64,000 nucleotides of DNA, taken from Rebecca billardiae RCC1528. Lineage: Eukaryota; Protista; Haptophyta. Of this stretch, positions 1-12,107 are shown one piece after another. The translations under genes and the position numbers were made by a program. Location of the stretch: assembly GCA_965240325.2 (NCBI GenBank), contig OZ251233.1, positions 434,001-498,000 on the forward strand, read 5' to 3'. The notes under the pieces are model-generated. The model did not search any database and was not told the DNA's origin. It saw only the letters and a program-made list of their open reading frames with translations. The first letter of the stretch is position 1. Every line of letters starts with the position of its first letter.

Positions 1-457
1 GTTGCACCGACGCCGTGTCCGCGAGGCAGTCCATCCGCGCGGGCATGGGTGGCGGCGCGGGCGGCGCCGGCCTCTTCATCCGAGTGAGCACACACTTGTT
101 GTGCACGTTCTCGAGCAGCTCCACGGGCCACGGCGCGCGGCTGCACGCGCGATTGACGCACGCGAGCCGGAGGAAGAAGCGCATGTCGATGGCCGTCTTC
201 TCGCCGATGGCGGAGCGCACGTACTGCGCGCCGATCGCGCTGATGAGGTCGGCGTCTGCAAAGAGCTCATCCCAGCTCGTCACCGCTGGCGCGGTCGCAG
301 CGCGCGCCGCGGGGTCGGTGGTGACCGAGAGTGTGGCGCGCCGTGCGGCCGAGGGCCTCGCGCGCAGGTCGGCATTCTGATGCCCGAGCACGTCGGTGAG
401 CACGTAGGGCGTCGGCCCGGCCGCCTTGCGGAGCTGCACGCCCTTTGTCGTCGCCAT
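1..457 (-). CDS. Partial hypothetical protein with F-box-like segment (runs off window start)
   Basis: Not in the ORF track because it has no stop inside the window. ATG at 457 opens MATTKGVQLRK...SWDELFADADLISAIG...MRFFLRLACVNRAC..., open to position 1, with GC3-rich codons. Confidence 0.6.
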   Translation of the reverse strand, partial: MATTKGVQLRKAAGPTPYVLTDVLGHQNADLRARPSAARRATLSVTTDPAARAATAPAVTSWDELFADADLISAIGAQYVRSAIGEKTAIDMRFFLRLACVNRACSRAPWPVELLENVHNKCVLTRMKRPAPPAPPPMPARMDCLADTASVQ

Positions 458-571
458 TCGAACGAGAGCGGCGTGCCTTGGTCTTGGTGATGGCCGATTG
501 GCCGGTGTCGCAAGTGGGTCCGGGAGCCACCGCAAAGCCGGACGCAGGCACCGTCCCGGTGCGTCACTGGC

Positions 572-1068
572 ATGGATGCGCCCGCGCGCAAGGCCGGAGC
601 AGGTGGCAACATGTCGAAAGCTGAGCGGCAGGCACTCCTTGGATCGGTCGACCTGGAGAAGCGCACGCCGTCTGACCGGCTGAAGCAGGCGCAGCGCGTC
701 GTCGCGGACACAGAGGACATCGGTGCGTGGGGTGCGCGCGCGGCGTGGACGCCTCCGCGCCAGCGCTCACACAGGTGCCCCGCGGTGTGCCACGCGGCGC
801 CGCAGGCTCGGGCATTCTCAGCGATCTGCGCGCGCAGCGTGAGGTTCTGGCGCGCTCAAAAGCCGCGCTGGACACCTCCGACGTGGACCTCGACCGTGGC
901 CGCCGCCTCCTGCGCTCGATGGCGCACCGCGCACAAGCGCACCGCGCAGCCACCACCGGCATCTGCGTGGCAGTGGTCGTCTTCTTCGCGTTCCTGATGT
1001 TCTGGCAGGGCGGCGGGGCGAGCGAAGAGACGAGCGGGGCTGCAGACTCGGCCACCGCGCCCCCGTGA
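572..1068 (+). CDS. VTI1: Vti1-like Qb-SNARE (short, no Habc domain)
   Basis: Exons 572-722 and 806-1068, intron 723-805 (GTGCGT..CGCAG). Spliced SNARE motif RLKQAQRVVADTEDIGSGILSDLRAQREVL..RLLRSM followed by a C-terminal TM (ICVAVVVFFAFLMFW). Alternative start at ATG 611. Confidence 0.8.
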
Positions 1069-1997
1069 GGCGAATGCCCCCCCGCTCCGCAACAGCAGGC
1101 TCCGCCGTCGGTGACCGGCTCCTGAACAAGCCGGTGGGCAGGGCCAGCGTGCGCACGCGGATTGGCTGTGCGCAGTGATCGTGCCGATGCTCGTCGCGCG
1201 CGCATCTCGCCCGGAGAGCGCCCGCGCCCTGCCGGGCCTTGCTGGCATACAACCGTGGCCCGCCCGAGCCGTCACGGAAGTCCGCAAAGTCGCGCGCTCT
1301 GGCTGACATCAGCAGTCGCTCTCCGAGACTCACATCAATCACGTCGGTCCGTGTGACACTGCCACTGTGATCTCGCCTGCCTGAGCTAGGTGTGCGTCTC
1401 GTATTCTTAGTAAACTGGCACTGGCTCGCGGGCTCTGACGCCCGTCTTGGTCCGCGTGCGGGGCCCCCACCCTCTGGCCTGAGGCTGAGAGGCTGAGGCT
1501 GACACAGTCTGGGCCTTCATGATGAGTATGATCATCAGGCCGTGGTGTCTCAATCCGCCTAAGGTCATGGCTCATGCGCCAGTCACCTCATCCGAGTCAC
1601 AGTCGTCAGGATGATGCTGAGTAACTTACTGCATGTGTCGCTACCTGCTGCGGACCGGAGCCCGCGGGCGGAGGGGCCGGGCCGTCACCGGGGTCCGGTG
1701 AGTGCAACCGCATTACCGCAACGCAGCGGCCGCCGGCGGTTGTGCAGAGGCTGATCTCGGCGGATCTCGGGCTGAACTCTGCTCGGTCGTCATTGGCGTC
1801 AGCACGTGACTGTATGATCGAAGCAACACGGCTACTGTCTTCTGATGATAGCCTATGGTAGTAGTAGCAGTATAGTATGTATTCAGCCGTACCCGGTTTG
1901 TGGCTCGCCTGAGATACTTATCTGCCGCCAGCCCGCACGCGGGGGCACATCAACGCACATGGTGTAGCTACCACCCCCAAACCGTGACGGCCGACTG

Positions 1998-2356
1998 ATG
2001 CGCGCGCGCCAGGGCCACGCGCGCGTGGTGCTCTTCGCTCTGCTGAGCACGCCGGCGCTGGCGAATGAGGTCGCGCCGCCCTTCGCGCCGCCGAACCCGC
2101 CGAGCCCGCCCTGGCCGCCCTGGCCGCCCTGGCCGCCAGAGCCACCGCCGCCGCCGAGCCCCTCGCCAAGCCCGCCATCGCCGCCGAGCCCGCCGACGCC
2201 GCCGAGCCCTCCGCACCCGCCCAGCTTGCCCCCCTCGCTGCCGCCGCCGCTACTGCCGCCTACGCCACCGCCGTCTGAGCCGCCCCTGATGCCGCCGTCG
2301 CCCCCGCCCTCGCCGCCGCCGCCGCCGTCGCCGCCGCAGCCGCCGCCGCGGCCGCC

Positions 2357-2413
<57 letters not shown>

Positions 2414-5400
2414 TCCGATGCCGCCGCAGTCACCGCCACCCGCCCCGCCGCTACCGCCCCGGCCGCCGCCGTCGCCGCCGTCGCCACCGTCGCCGCCGTC
2501 ACCGCCGCCGTCGCCGCCGTCGCCGCCGTCGCCGCCGTCGCCGCCGCTCAACTGCTCGAGCGCGCTGCCGACGGGCGGGCAGCAGCCCTTCGCCCTGAGC
2601 TCGGCGTGCATCGGGCCGCCGAGCGACGGCGCGCGCGATGTCTTCTCGCGCGCGCAGGCGGCGTGCGCCGCGCTCGGCGCGCACCTCTTCGTGCCCCGCT
2701 CCGCGGAGGAGAACGCGTGGGCGCTGGACGCGCTTGACTCTCTGCGCGCCCAGGCGGCCTCGAGCACGGGCGAGGCTGCAGACCCCGCCGAGTTCGCCGG
2801 CTTCCTCGGCGTGAAGCGCAGCGAGCTGGACGGGAGCTACGAGCTGGCGGATGGCTCCGCGCCGCTGACCAACCGCAGCTTCTCGAGCTGGGCGCAGGGC
2901 GAGCCCAACGGCACGGCGGGCGCGTGCGCCGTGCTGCAGCCCACGGGCTGGCGGCTGAGCGCTCTCGGGCTGCCGGCGGGCGGCGGCGAGTGGACCGCCG
3001 CCGACTGCTCGGTGCCTCGGCTGTACGCGTGCGAGCTGCGGCCGCCGCAGTGCTCGCTGGCCACGGTCGGGCCCACCGACCCCGCCTCCTCCTCCTCACT
3101 CGGCGCGGACTCCGAGTGCTCGCGCTTCGACACGTCCTTTGGCGACCAGCTGGTGAGCCTCGAGCTGGGCACGGCGGGCGCGCACGGCGGCGGCGCTGCC
3201 GACACGCTCACCATCGCGTGGACGTACTTCGCCAGCGACTTTGGCTCGTTCACGCCCACGAACGGCCTCTCGGTGCGCGTGCTCGCGCGCCCGGCGGACT
3301 CGCCGACGTTTGTGCCCGTCCACGACCGGCTGCTGCTTCCGTCCGAGCTCAGCCTGGGCGAGTTGGCGGTGGGCTCGTTCGAGTGGGCGCTGCCCTCGCT
3401 CGCGTGCGGCCCGCTCAGCGTGCGCGTGGCGCTCGAGGACCGCGCCTCGGGGCAGGACGCGATCTCGGGCGTGTGCGGCACGAACGAGGCGAACTCGCAC
3501 TTTGACAACCTCGAGGCCTTCGGCGTGACGCTCGTCGACGCGCCGCCGCCGCCGAGCCCGCCGAGCCCGTCGAGCCCGCCGGGACCGCCAAGCCCGCCGT
3601 CCGTACCGCCGAGCCCGCCCACCCCGCCCAGCCCGCCGAGCCCGCCCGCGCCGCCGCTCCCCCCGCCGCCGCCCACGCCGCCGCCGCCGCCGCCGCTGCC
3701 GCCGCCGAGCCCGCCGAGCCCGCCCAAGCCGCCGCCCTCGCCGCCCACCGCCCTCGTCGCGCCCACGCTCGAGCAGGCGACGTTCAGCGCGGCGGGCGGG
3801 CGGCTGATCCTCCGGTTCGGCGCGTTCCCCGTCACCAACCGCGCGGGCATGCCCGCCTCGGGCGTCGCGTCGTGCACGGCCGTGCTCGACGACGGCACGC
3901 TCGAGCTGGCGCGCGGCGAGGGCGCGGGCGCGCCGCGCTGCTACTGGGGCGCGGACGGCACCACGCTCAACGTGCTGCTGGGCGCGCGCACCGCCGTGCG
4001 CCCGGGCTCGGTCGTGCGCGTGCGAGACGGCGTGCTCGCGCCGCTCCGGTTTGTGGCGGGCGGCGGCGCGTGCCCCGACGCGCTGTGCACGGCGGGCGCG
4101 TCCGCCGCCATCAACGCCACGCACCCATGCGAGGGCAGCGCGTGCCCCGCGCCCACGGCCACGCTGAGCGCGCCTGAGGTCCTCTCCGACTGCCCGGACG
4201 CGAGCCTGACGCTCGACGGCTCCGGCTCGTCCGGCGGCGGCGTGGGCGAGCTGCTCTACTCGTGGGCGGTCGGCTACGCCGGCGCGCCGCCGACCGACAG
4301 CGCCGCGGCGCTCGGCGCGGCGCTCGGCGCGCTGGGCGACGGTGCGTCGAGCGTGACGCTTGGCGGCGCGGGCGGCTTGCTCGCCAACGGCAGCAGCTTC
4401 TCCTTCTCCCTCGTCGTGCGCTCGAGCGTGCTCGGCGTGGACTCCGAGCCCGCGACCGTCACCGTGCAGCGCTCCGGCCGCGGCGCGACGCCCACGATCT
4501 CGCTCGACGGCCCCGCGGCGCGCACGGCGCGCTCGTCGCAGCCGCTGCGCGTGCGCGCCTCTGCCTCGCTCGCCTCGTGCTTCGACACCTCCGCGTCGGC
4601 GTACGCGGTCGACTGGGCGTGGACGCACGTGGCCACGTACGTGAGCGCCGCGTCCGCCTCCGCGCCGCTCGCCTCCCTCGCGCTCGCCACCGACGTTCCC
4701 ACCCTCGAGCTCGGCGCCGTCAGCACGGGCGCGCTCGGCCTGGCCGCGCGCACGCTGTACGCGCGCCGCACCTACGTATTCCGCGTGCGCGCGGCGATGC
4801 GCTCGACGCCCGGCGCGTACGCCGAGCAGGCGGTGCGCGTGCGCGTGGGCACGGAGCCGCTCGTCGTCGCGCTCGGCGGCGGCAGCGTGCGCCGCGTCAG
4901 CGCGGGCGCGCGCCTCTCCCTCGACGCCTCGCCCTCGTACGACCCGACCAACCTGCCGCCCGCGCTCGGCGGCGCGCTCACGTTTGCGTGGCGGCTGCAG
5001 AGCTACGGCGACAGCGCGGCGCTGGGGGTGAGCGGCAGCGGCGCGGTGGACGCGGCGGGGATCGAGCCGGCGAGCGTGCCGCTCGGCGCCTCCGCCGCCG
5101 CCGCGCCGACACTCGCCCTCCCCGCCGGCCTCCTGAGCGTGGGCGTGTACGCCGCCACCGTGACGGTGAGCGCGCCAGACGGCCGTTCGGCCGCCAAGAC
5201 GGTCGCGCTGCGCGTCGTCGCGGCGCCCACGCCCACCGTCGAGCTGAAGGCGCTGGCGAGGCCCGTGTTCAACGCGGACGCGAAGCTCTCGCTCACCGTC
5301 GGCTCGATCAGCCTGAGCTCCGCCGCGGCCACCGCCGCGCTCCTCGTGCGCACCGGCGTCGCCTCGAGCGCGGCGGACGCGTCCGCGCGCAACCTGACGG

Positions 5401-6155
5401 CCGACGACGTGCCGTGGGCGTACGCGTGGGAAGGGGGGCTGCTGGCGGGCGGCGGCGGCGCGGAGGGCGGCGGCTCGGGCACGGCGCTCGCGCTGCAGGA
5501 CGCGGCGGGCGTCACCACCACCGGCGCGTCGCAGCCCAACCTCGCCGTCCGCGCCGGCGTGCTCGTCCCGGGCGCCACGTACGCGTTTTCCCTCACCGTC
5601 ACCCCGCCTGCGTCCGCGGGCGGCACGGTGGGTGCCGGCTCGGTCTCGGTGACCGTCAGCCTGAACCGGCCGCCGTACGGCGGCTCGGTGTCGTGCTCGC
5701 CCGCGTCGGGCACGGCGGGCTCGACCGAGTTCACCGTGCGCGCGAGCGGCTGGTCCGACGACGACGGCGACGACCACCTGCCGCTGCGGTACGCGTTTCT
5801 CTACGAGCCTGCGGGCGGCGCGCCGGCGGACGGCAGCGGCGCGCGCGCGCTCGGCGACTCGAGCTCGCTCACGCCGACCGCGGCGGCGTTCCTGCCCGCG
5901 GGGGAGCACCGGCTGCTGGCGCGCGTGGAGGACAGCTACGACGGCGGCGTGCTCGCGCGCGCGCCCTCGCCCACCTCCGTCAGCGCCCTCGACCTCGACC
6001 AGGGCGCCGTGCAGGCGGTGCTCCTCGTCATCGACGTGGCCGGAGCGACCGGCGCCGCCTCCACCGTCTACCAGCTGGCGTCCTCGCTCGCGGCGGCGCT
6101 GGACGGGGCGGCGCTCGGCGGCGGCGCGGCGAACGCGAGCGCGCCGGGTGGCGGC

Positions 6156-6186
<31 letters not shown>

Positions 6187-9100
6187 CCGGCGCGCTCAAC
6201 CTGGCGGGCGCGCGCTCGGCGCGGCTGCTGCTTGTACGCTCGCTCGACGCGGCCGCGGCGTCCGTGAGCGCCGAGTCCGTCTCGGCGTCGGTGGTGCGCG
6301 TGCGCGCGGAGAGCGCGCACGCCGTGCTGAGCGCGAGCGCGCAGCTCTCCGCCGACGCGCAGGTCGAGGGGGCCGCGCTCGCGCTCGGCCTCGCCAGCAC
6401 GGCCGAGGCCGTCGGCATCGACGACGCCTCGGCCTCGCTCCTCGCCGCGACCCTCTCGGCTCTGCTCCGCGCCAACTCGACCGAGCTGGCGGAGGGCTTC
6501 AACGGGACGGGCGCGCGCAACGACGTGGTCGCAGGCGCCGCGCTCTCGCTCACGCGCGCGCTCGTGCTCGAGCTCGTCGCGGGCGAGGGCTCGCGCGAGG
6601 CCCTCTCCGACACCGTCAACGTCTCGGCGACGCGCGCGCGCGCGCGCTCGCTCGGCGACGCGCCGATCGGCGCGCCGGGCGGCGCGCCGGGCGGCGTGCA
6701 GCTGCCGACGGCGGCGCTCGCGGCGGCGGGCGGCGCGTCGGCGCTGCCCGACGGCGTGGACGTCTCGATCGCGCTGTTCGGCGTCGACGTGCACGCCGGC
6801 GGCGACGGCGCGCTCGGCGCCGTCGGCCTCGGCCTCCTCGGCACGAGCGTGATCGCGATCTCGCTGTCCGCGCCCGCGGCGGACGGCGGCGCGGGCGTGC
6901 CGATCGGCGTGCAGGACTCCGCCGAGCTGATCGTGATCGTGATCCCGCTCGTGGGCGGCGCGGACGGCGCGGAGGAGGCGGCGCAGGGCGTCGAGCGCGC
7001 GTGCCGCTTCTGGAACACCTCGCTCGCCGCGTACGACGGGCGCGGCTGCGCAAAGGCCGCGCCCTCCGCGCAGCCAGACGACGGCGCCGGCCTCGCGTGC
7101 GCGTGCGACCACCTCACCGACTTCGCCGGACTTTTCGTCCCGGACTCGGCGGAGGAGCTCGAGGCGGAGGCGGCGTCCGTCAGCCTGAACACGATCTCCG
7201 CGGCCGACGTGGGCGACACGCTCGCCGCCGGCCCCACGCCCGAGACCATCCGCGACAACCGCGCCGCGTTCACGCTCGTCTTCAGCCTGGGCGCTGTCAA
7301 CCTGGCCGCGCTGCTGTGCTGCTGCGCGCTCGACGGGTACGCGGCGCGGGTGCGCGCGCGCAGGGCGAGGGAGGAGGCGGCGGGGGGCGCGGCCGCCGCG
7401 TCGCCGGGCGCCGAGCACAGCGGAGGGGACGCCGCGCTGCTCGAGCTCGAGGCGACGGCGGCCGCGGCGGAGGCGGCCGCGGCCGAGGCCGCGGCCGCGG
7501 CGGCCGAGCGCAAGGCGCTGGCAGCGGCGGCCTCGGCCGCGTCGTGCGCGCCGGCCGCGGGCGCGAGCGCCGAGGCGGAGGCGGACGAGACGGACGTGCA
7601 GCTCGCCCTCGTCGCGGAGGGGTACAAGCCGTCCTCCGTCGCCGCGGCGGCGGCGCAGCGCGCCGCGGCGGCGCGCGCCGCCGCCAAGCTCGCGCTGCGC
7701 GCGCACGCGCCGCGTCAGCCGGGCGGCGGCGCCGCCGCCGACGCGGCGCGCGCCGGCGAGCCGGCGCGCGCGTCCGCGGAGGATGGACGCGCCGCGCTCG
7801 CCGCCGACGCGCTCGCCGACCGCGTCGAGGACGCCCTCGACCGCGCGGACGCCGCGCGGCGCGCGGCCGAGCTCGCCGCCGCGCGCGCCCTGCAGAGGCA
7901 CGGGCGCGGGCGGCTGCAGCTCGCGGCCGCGGCGCGCGCGGCCGCGATGGAGGCGGCAGCGCCTGCCGCTGACGAGCTTGCCCGCCGCACGGAGCATCGC
8001 ACGACCACGCGGATCCGCCGGCTCGGCGACGCGCTGCGCACCGAGCACACGCTGCTCGCGCTCCTCTTCGCCGGCAGCGAGGACGAGGGCTTCTCGCGCG
8101 CCGAGTACGCCCAGGTCTTCTTCAACATGCTCGCCCTCGAGGCGCTGCTCGAATGCCTCGCCTTCTCGGGCGTGCCGGACTCGGACGCGCCGATCCGTCT
8201 GGTGCCGCTGCTGATCCTGGCGGTGTTTGTGGCGCTCGTCTCCGCGCCCGCGCTGCTCGTCTTCCACCTCGCCTTCTCACTCGGGCACGAGCGCAAGCCC
8301 CGCGCGATCGACCGGCTGTTCAGAGGCGTGCGCGCGCTCGGCGAGGCCGCCAAGCGAGTGCCCGCGCCGACTGTCGCGTACTCGCTGCCGTCGACGCCGC
8401 GCGGCGCGCACACGCCGCGCGGCGCGCACACGCCGCGCGGCGCGCACACGCCGCGCGGCGCGCACACGCCGCGCTCGCCGGGGCGGCGCATCTTCACGCC
8501 GCGCGCCGCCGGGCACGCGGACGGCTCGGCCGTCAGCACGCCGCGCAGCCGCTCGACCCCGCGCGGCCGCGCAGCCGCGCCCGCCGCGCGCGCGCCGCGC
8601 CCGCCGCCGCCGCCGCTGCGCGCGCCCGCCGCCGAGGCCGCGAGCTCGACAACAGACCGGCCGCCGCCGCGCGCCGAGCCGGCCAGCGCGCGCGCCGCGC
8701 GCCACTCGGAGCTGTCCGCGTCGACGGCGTCGTCGTCGCACCGCTCGCGCAGCCGCGAGGCGGCGGCAGGCGCCGTCTCGCCGCCGCGCACCGAAGGCGC
8801 CGGCTCGGGCGACGAGGACGACGCCACCTACGCCGCCTCGCCGCCGCCGGCCTCGCCGCCAGCGAGCCCCCTGCTCCGCCTGCGCGCGCGCGCGCCGCCG
8901 AGCGCGCCGGCCGTGAGTGCCGCGGCGCTGTGGCCTCGGCTCTCGGCGCCGCGGCAGCCGCCCTCGCTCGGCTTCGCGCGCGCGCCGCTGTCGCCGCCGC
9001 CCTCGCCGCCGCACGCGCCCCCCGCCGCGCACACGCCCCGCTCGCCCCGCGCGGACGGCGCGCCCGCCGCCTCGGCCACCTCCACGCCCACGCGCCGCCG

Positions 9101-10034
9101 GCGCGCCGCGGAGGCGGCGGCGGAGGCGGCGCGCCGCCGGCACGCGGCGCAGCTGGAGCGGGAGCTGGCGGCGCTCCGGCGGCTGTTCGGCGCGGCGGAC
9201 GTGGACGGCTCGGGCGCGATCGACCAGTCGGAGGTGAAGCTGCTGCTCGACGCGCTCGCCGACGACGGCGTGCGCGGCTCGGCCGACGTGCGCGGCGGCG
9301 GCTCGGCCGCGGCCGGCGGCGAGCGGCGCCGCTCGCAGCCGCGCCCGCTCACAGATTCGGAGGCGCGGCGCATCGCGCGCGAGCTCGACGAGGACGGCGA
9401 CGGGCGCGTGCAGCTCGCGGAGCTCGAGGCGTGGTACAAGGCGCGGCGGCAGGTGCGCGCGCCGCATCCGCGCCGCGTCCGCCGCCGCCCTCCGTGCCGC
9501 ACCCGCCGCCCCGCCTGTGGCTGTCTGCCGCGCCAGCGCGCGCGCGCCCCGCCCCGCCTGTGGCTGCCTGCCGCGCCAGCGCGCGCGCCCCGCCCCCAGC
9601 GCCGCTCTCTCAAGCGCAGCCGCCCGCGGCGCGCGCGCGCGCCTGCTGCTGTGCCGGTGCGGCGCGCGCAGCTCGAGCTGCGCCGCGCCGAGCGCGCGGA
9701 GCGGCTGGCGCGGTACACGCCCTCGCGCCGCGTGCGCGTGTGCTGCGCGTGGCTCTTCATGCTGAGCTGCTGCGCGCTCTTCCTCTTCCTGGTGATCGTG
9801 TACGCGCGCACGTTCGGCGACCAAAAGTTCCGCGCGCTCGTCGGGCTGTGGGGCGTGGCGCTCGCGCAGACGTTCACGCTGGAGGAGCCGCTGCTGATCT
9901 CGCTCTCGCAGATCGTGCCGTGGCTGATGGAGGCGCTCAGCTCGAACGAGGCCGTCCTCGTCTTTGTGCAGGAGCTCATGTCCACGGGCGTGGCCAAGGC
10001 GGTCGGCTCGTGCCTCTCCGTCTTCAAGGGCTGA
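1998..10034 (+). CDS. Polycystin-1 (PKD1/REJ)-like multi-pass receptor with extensin-like Pro tracts, C-type lectin, REJ, GPS and EF-hands
   Basis: Signal peptide; SP/PPPP tracts; CTL motifs (AQAACAALGAHL, WAQGEPNG..CAVL, YACE); REJ-like LDGSGS/LDASPSYDP/NRPPYGGS/ASGWSD..LPLRYAF; GPS CRFWN..GC..CACDHLTDFA (7002-7127); TM helices; EF-hand loops DVDGSGAIDQSE and DEDGDGRVQLAE. One in-frame intron 9453-9671. Confidence 0.85.
2069..2548 (+). repeat. Pro/Ser-rich (CCG)n coding low-complexity repeat, extensin-like
   Basis: PPSPP/PPPP arrays; a second block lies at about 3541-3750. Confidence 0.9.
8394..8474 (+). repeat. 18-bp coding tandem repeat, (TPRGAH)x4
   Basis: ACGCCGCGCGGCGCGCAC repeated four times plus a partial copy. 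Confidence 0.9.
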
Positions 10035-10511
10035 GGAGGCCGAGCGCGGGCGGGTGCTGCGGTGGGCACGCCCCGGGAGGAGGGGCGGCGCAGCGCGGCC
10101 CGTGGCCACGCTGCAGGCTGCGCCCGGTGTGCCTCGCCAGCGAGCGGTCGCCTCAGTCCGCTCGCGCCGGGAGTGCGCTGCCAAAGTTCCAAAGCTCGGT
10201 GACGCGGGCGACCCGATCTTAGTTGTACTCGCAGGGCGAGGAACAAGCCTCCTGGACACTGTCAGCTCAGCGACTGACTGCTCGTCGATGCCATGCCACG
10301 ACCGTGCGCGCGAAGCCCCAGCCACCAGAGGGACCGCCCAACATGCGGCCCGGGCGGAATGCGGATCAGCAGCATTCATTCAGCTGGTTGCCGTCGTGTC
10401 CGTGACAGGTCGGGCGGTTGGACAGCTGCTGTGCGACTGCGACCGGAAGTTTCTCGACAGCTTCGGGCTTCGCGAGCCGCCGCCGCCACGGCCCAGACGT
10501 ACGCCCGCCGC

Positions 10512-11487
10512 ATGGCCGTGAAGCGCATCAGCCAGTTCCTCCGCAACTTCGTGCTCATGGGCGGCACGTCGATGGTGTCGCGCGAGCAGGCGCTGCCCGG
10601 GCGCGCGACGAAGATGCCGATCAGCAAGACGCACTACGTGCTCAAGAACCCGATGGAGGGCCCATGGCCGCCGGGCTCGCAGGTGGTCGTGCTCGCCAAC
10701 GGCTGCTTCTGGGGCTCGGAGAAGGGCTTCTGGCGGCTGCCGGGCAACGGGATCGTGAGCACGGCCGTCGGGTACGCCGCGGGCTTCACGCCCAACCCCA
10801 CCTACGAGGAGGTCTGCTCGGGGCGCACGGGCCACACCGAGGCCGTGCAGGTCGTGTACGACCCGGCGAGGATCTCGCTCGTCGACATCATGCGCTGGTT
10901 CTGGGAGTCGCACGACCCGACGCAGCTGAACAAGCAGGGCAACGACGTGGGCACGCAGTACCGCTCGGGCGCGTACTACTTCGACGACGAGCAGCGCGCC
11001 ATCATCGAGGCGTCCAAGGCCGCGTACGAGAAGGCGATGGTGGCCAAGGGGTACGGCAAGGTTGCCACGCAGATCGCCGCCGCCGCCGACTACGAGCACA
11101 TCTTCTACTACGCGGAGGACTACCACCAGCAGTACCTGGCCAAGCCGGGCGCGCGGCCGTACTGCTCGGCGCAGCCGCGGCAGGTGCCGCTGCCGCCGTA
11201 CGAGACGTGGGAGCCCTTCGGGGAGAAGGTGTGCGCGCAGTCCGATCGCGGCACGCGCGGCCGGGCCATCTGGCGCGCGCCTCGCTTGGTCCCGTCTGCA
11301 CTCCGCACGCGCCGCGCGGGCGCACCGCTCAGCCAGCCCCGCCGCCCCCGCCTCGCGCGCGGCGCAGAAGTCCGAGCTGCGCGAGAAGCACAAGCCCAAG
11401 CTTCCCGAGGCCTTCTGGGCCGAGCACGCGCCCACGCCGCACTGCGTGATCCGCGCGCCGCACGAGCCGATCAAGTGGGAGCTGTGA
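10512..11487 (+). CDS. msrA: Peptide methionine-S-sulfoxide reductase MsrA
   Basis: GCFWGSE active site, PTYEEVCSGRTGHTEAV, HDPTQ..QGNDVGTQYRS, AEDYHQQYL. Intron 11229-11367 joins to a last exon ending HEPIKWEL*. Confidence 0.95.
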
Positions 11488-12107
11488 GCGAGCCACTATC
11501 TCGGACGGGCGAGTGCCTGCCAAGGGCAGAGTGCACACCTGTGTCTCGACTACGTTGCACACGCCCCGGGTCTGGCTGTGGACGCACTCAGGGGGGCGGG
11601 CTGGCGGCGCTCATCACTGCCCGCCCGTGGTGAGCAGCCTACGCCACACCGCCGCAGCCTACCAGGTCCGCAGTGCCGACGCACGCCCCCTCGACTCTCG
11701 AGCGCCGTGCGCCCACCAAGGGCGGCTGCGCCCTTCCGCTCGACGGTGGTGAGTGAGACCGTCGTCGGAGCGTCCACGTGTGTAGGCCAGCCGTGGCTCT
11801 CAGGCGAGGGACCGCGCACCGCTCGGCCGGACTGCCCGCCGCAGCATCGCCCTAGAAGTGCACTCCGCCGCGTGCGTCAGACAGTCTCAGACGATCGTCT
11901 AGTAGTAGTATCATGCGACTGACGCCAACCTATGTACCACGTATGGTGCGGAGCGCAACGTTGATTCCCTGGCAGTACAAGTATGTACATTATCACTCAG
12001 TCACTCATGATCAGAATGATATTGTATCGTACCCCGCCCGGGACGTGAGGACCGTCAGTCCCCCCGACGCCGTGAGCCGCGCCGCCCCGGCGCCCGCCCG
12101 CCGTGCC

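Noticed and set aside
3096-8267. 1723-aa antisense ORF and other long overlapping ORFs (e.g. 44855-48952, 50336-54406)
   Set aside because: Arg/Ala-rich shadow frames of real genes; stop codons are depleted at this GC content.
10512-11487. Possible selenoprotein MsrA
   Set aside because: The active-site codon is TGC (Cys) and there is no in-frame TGA.
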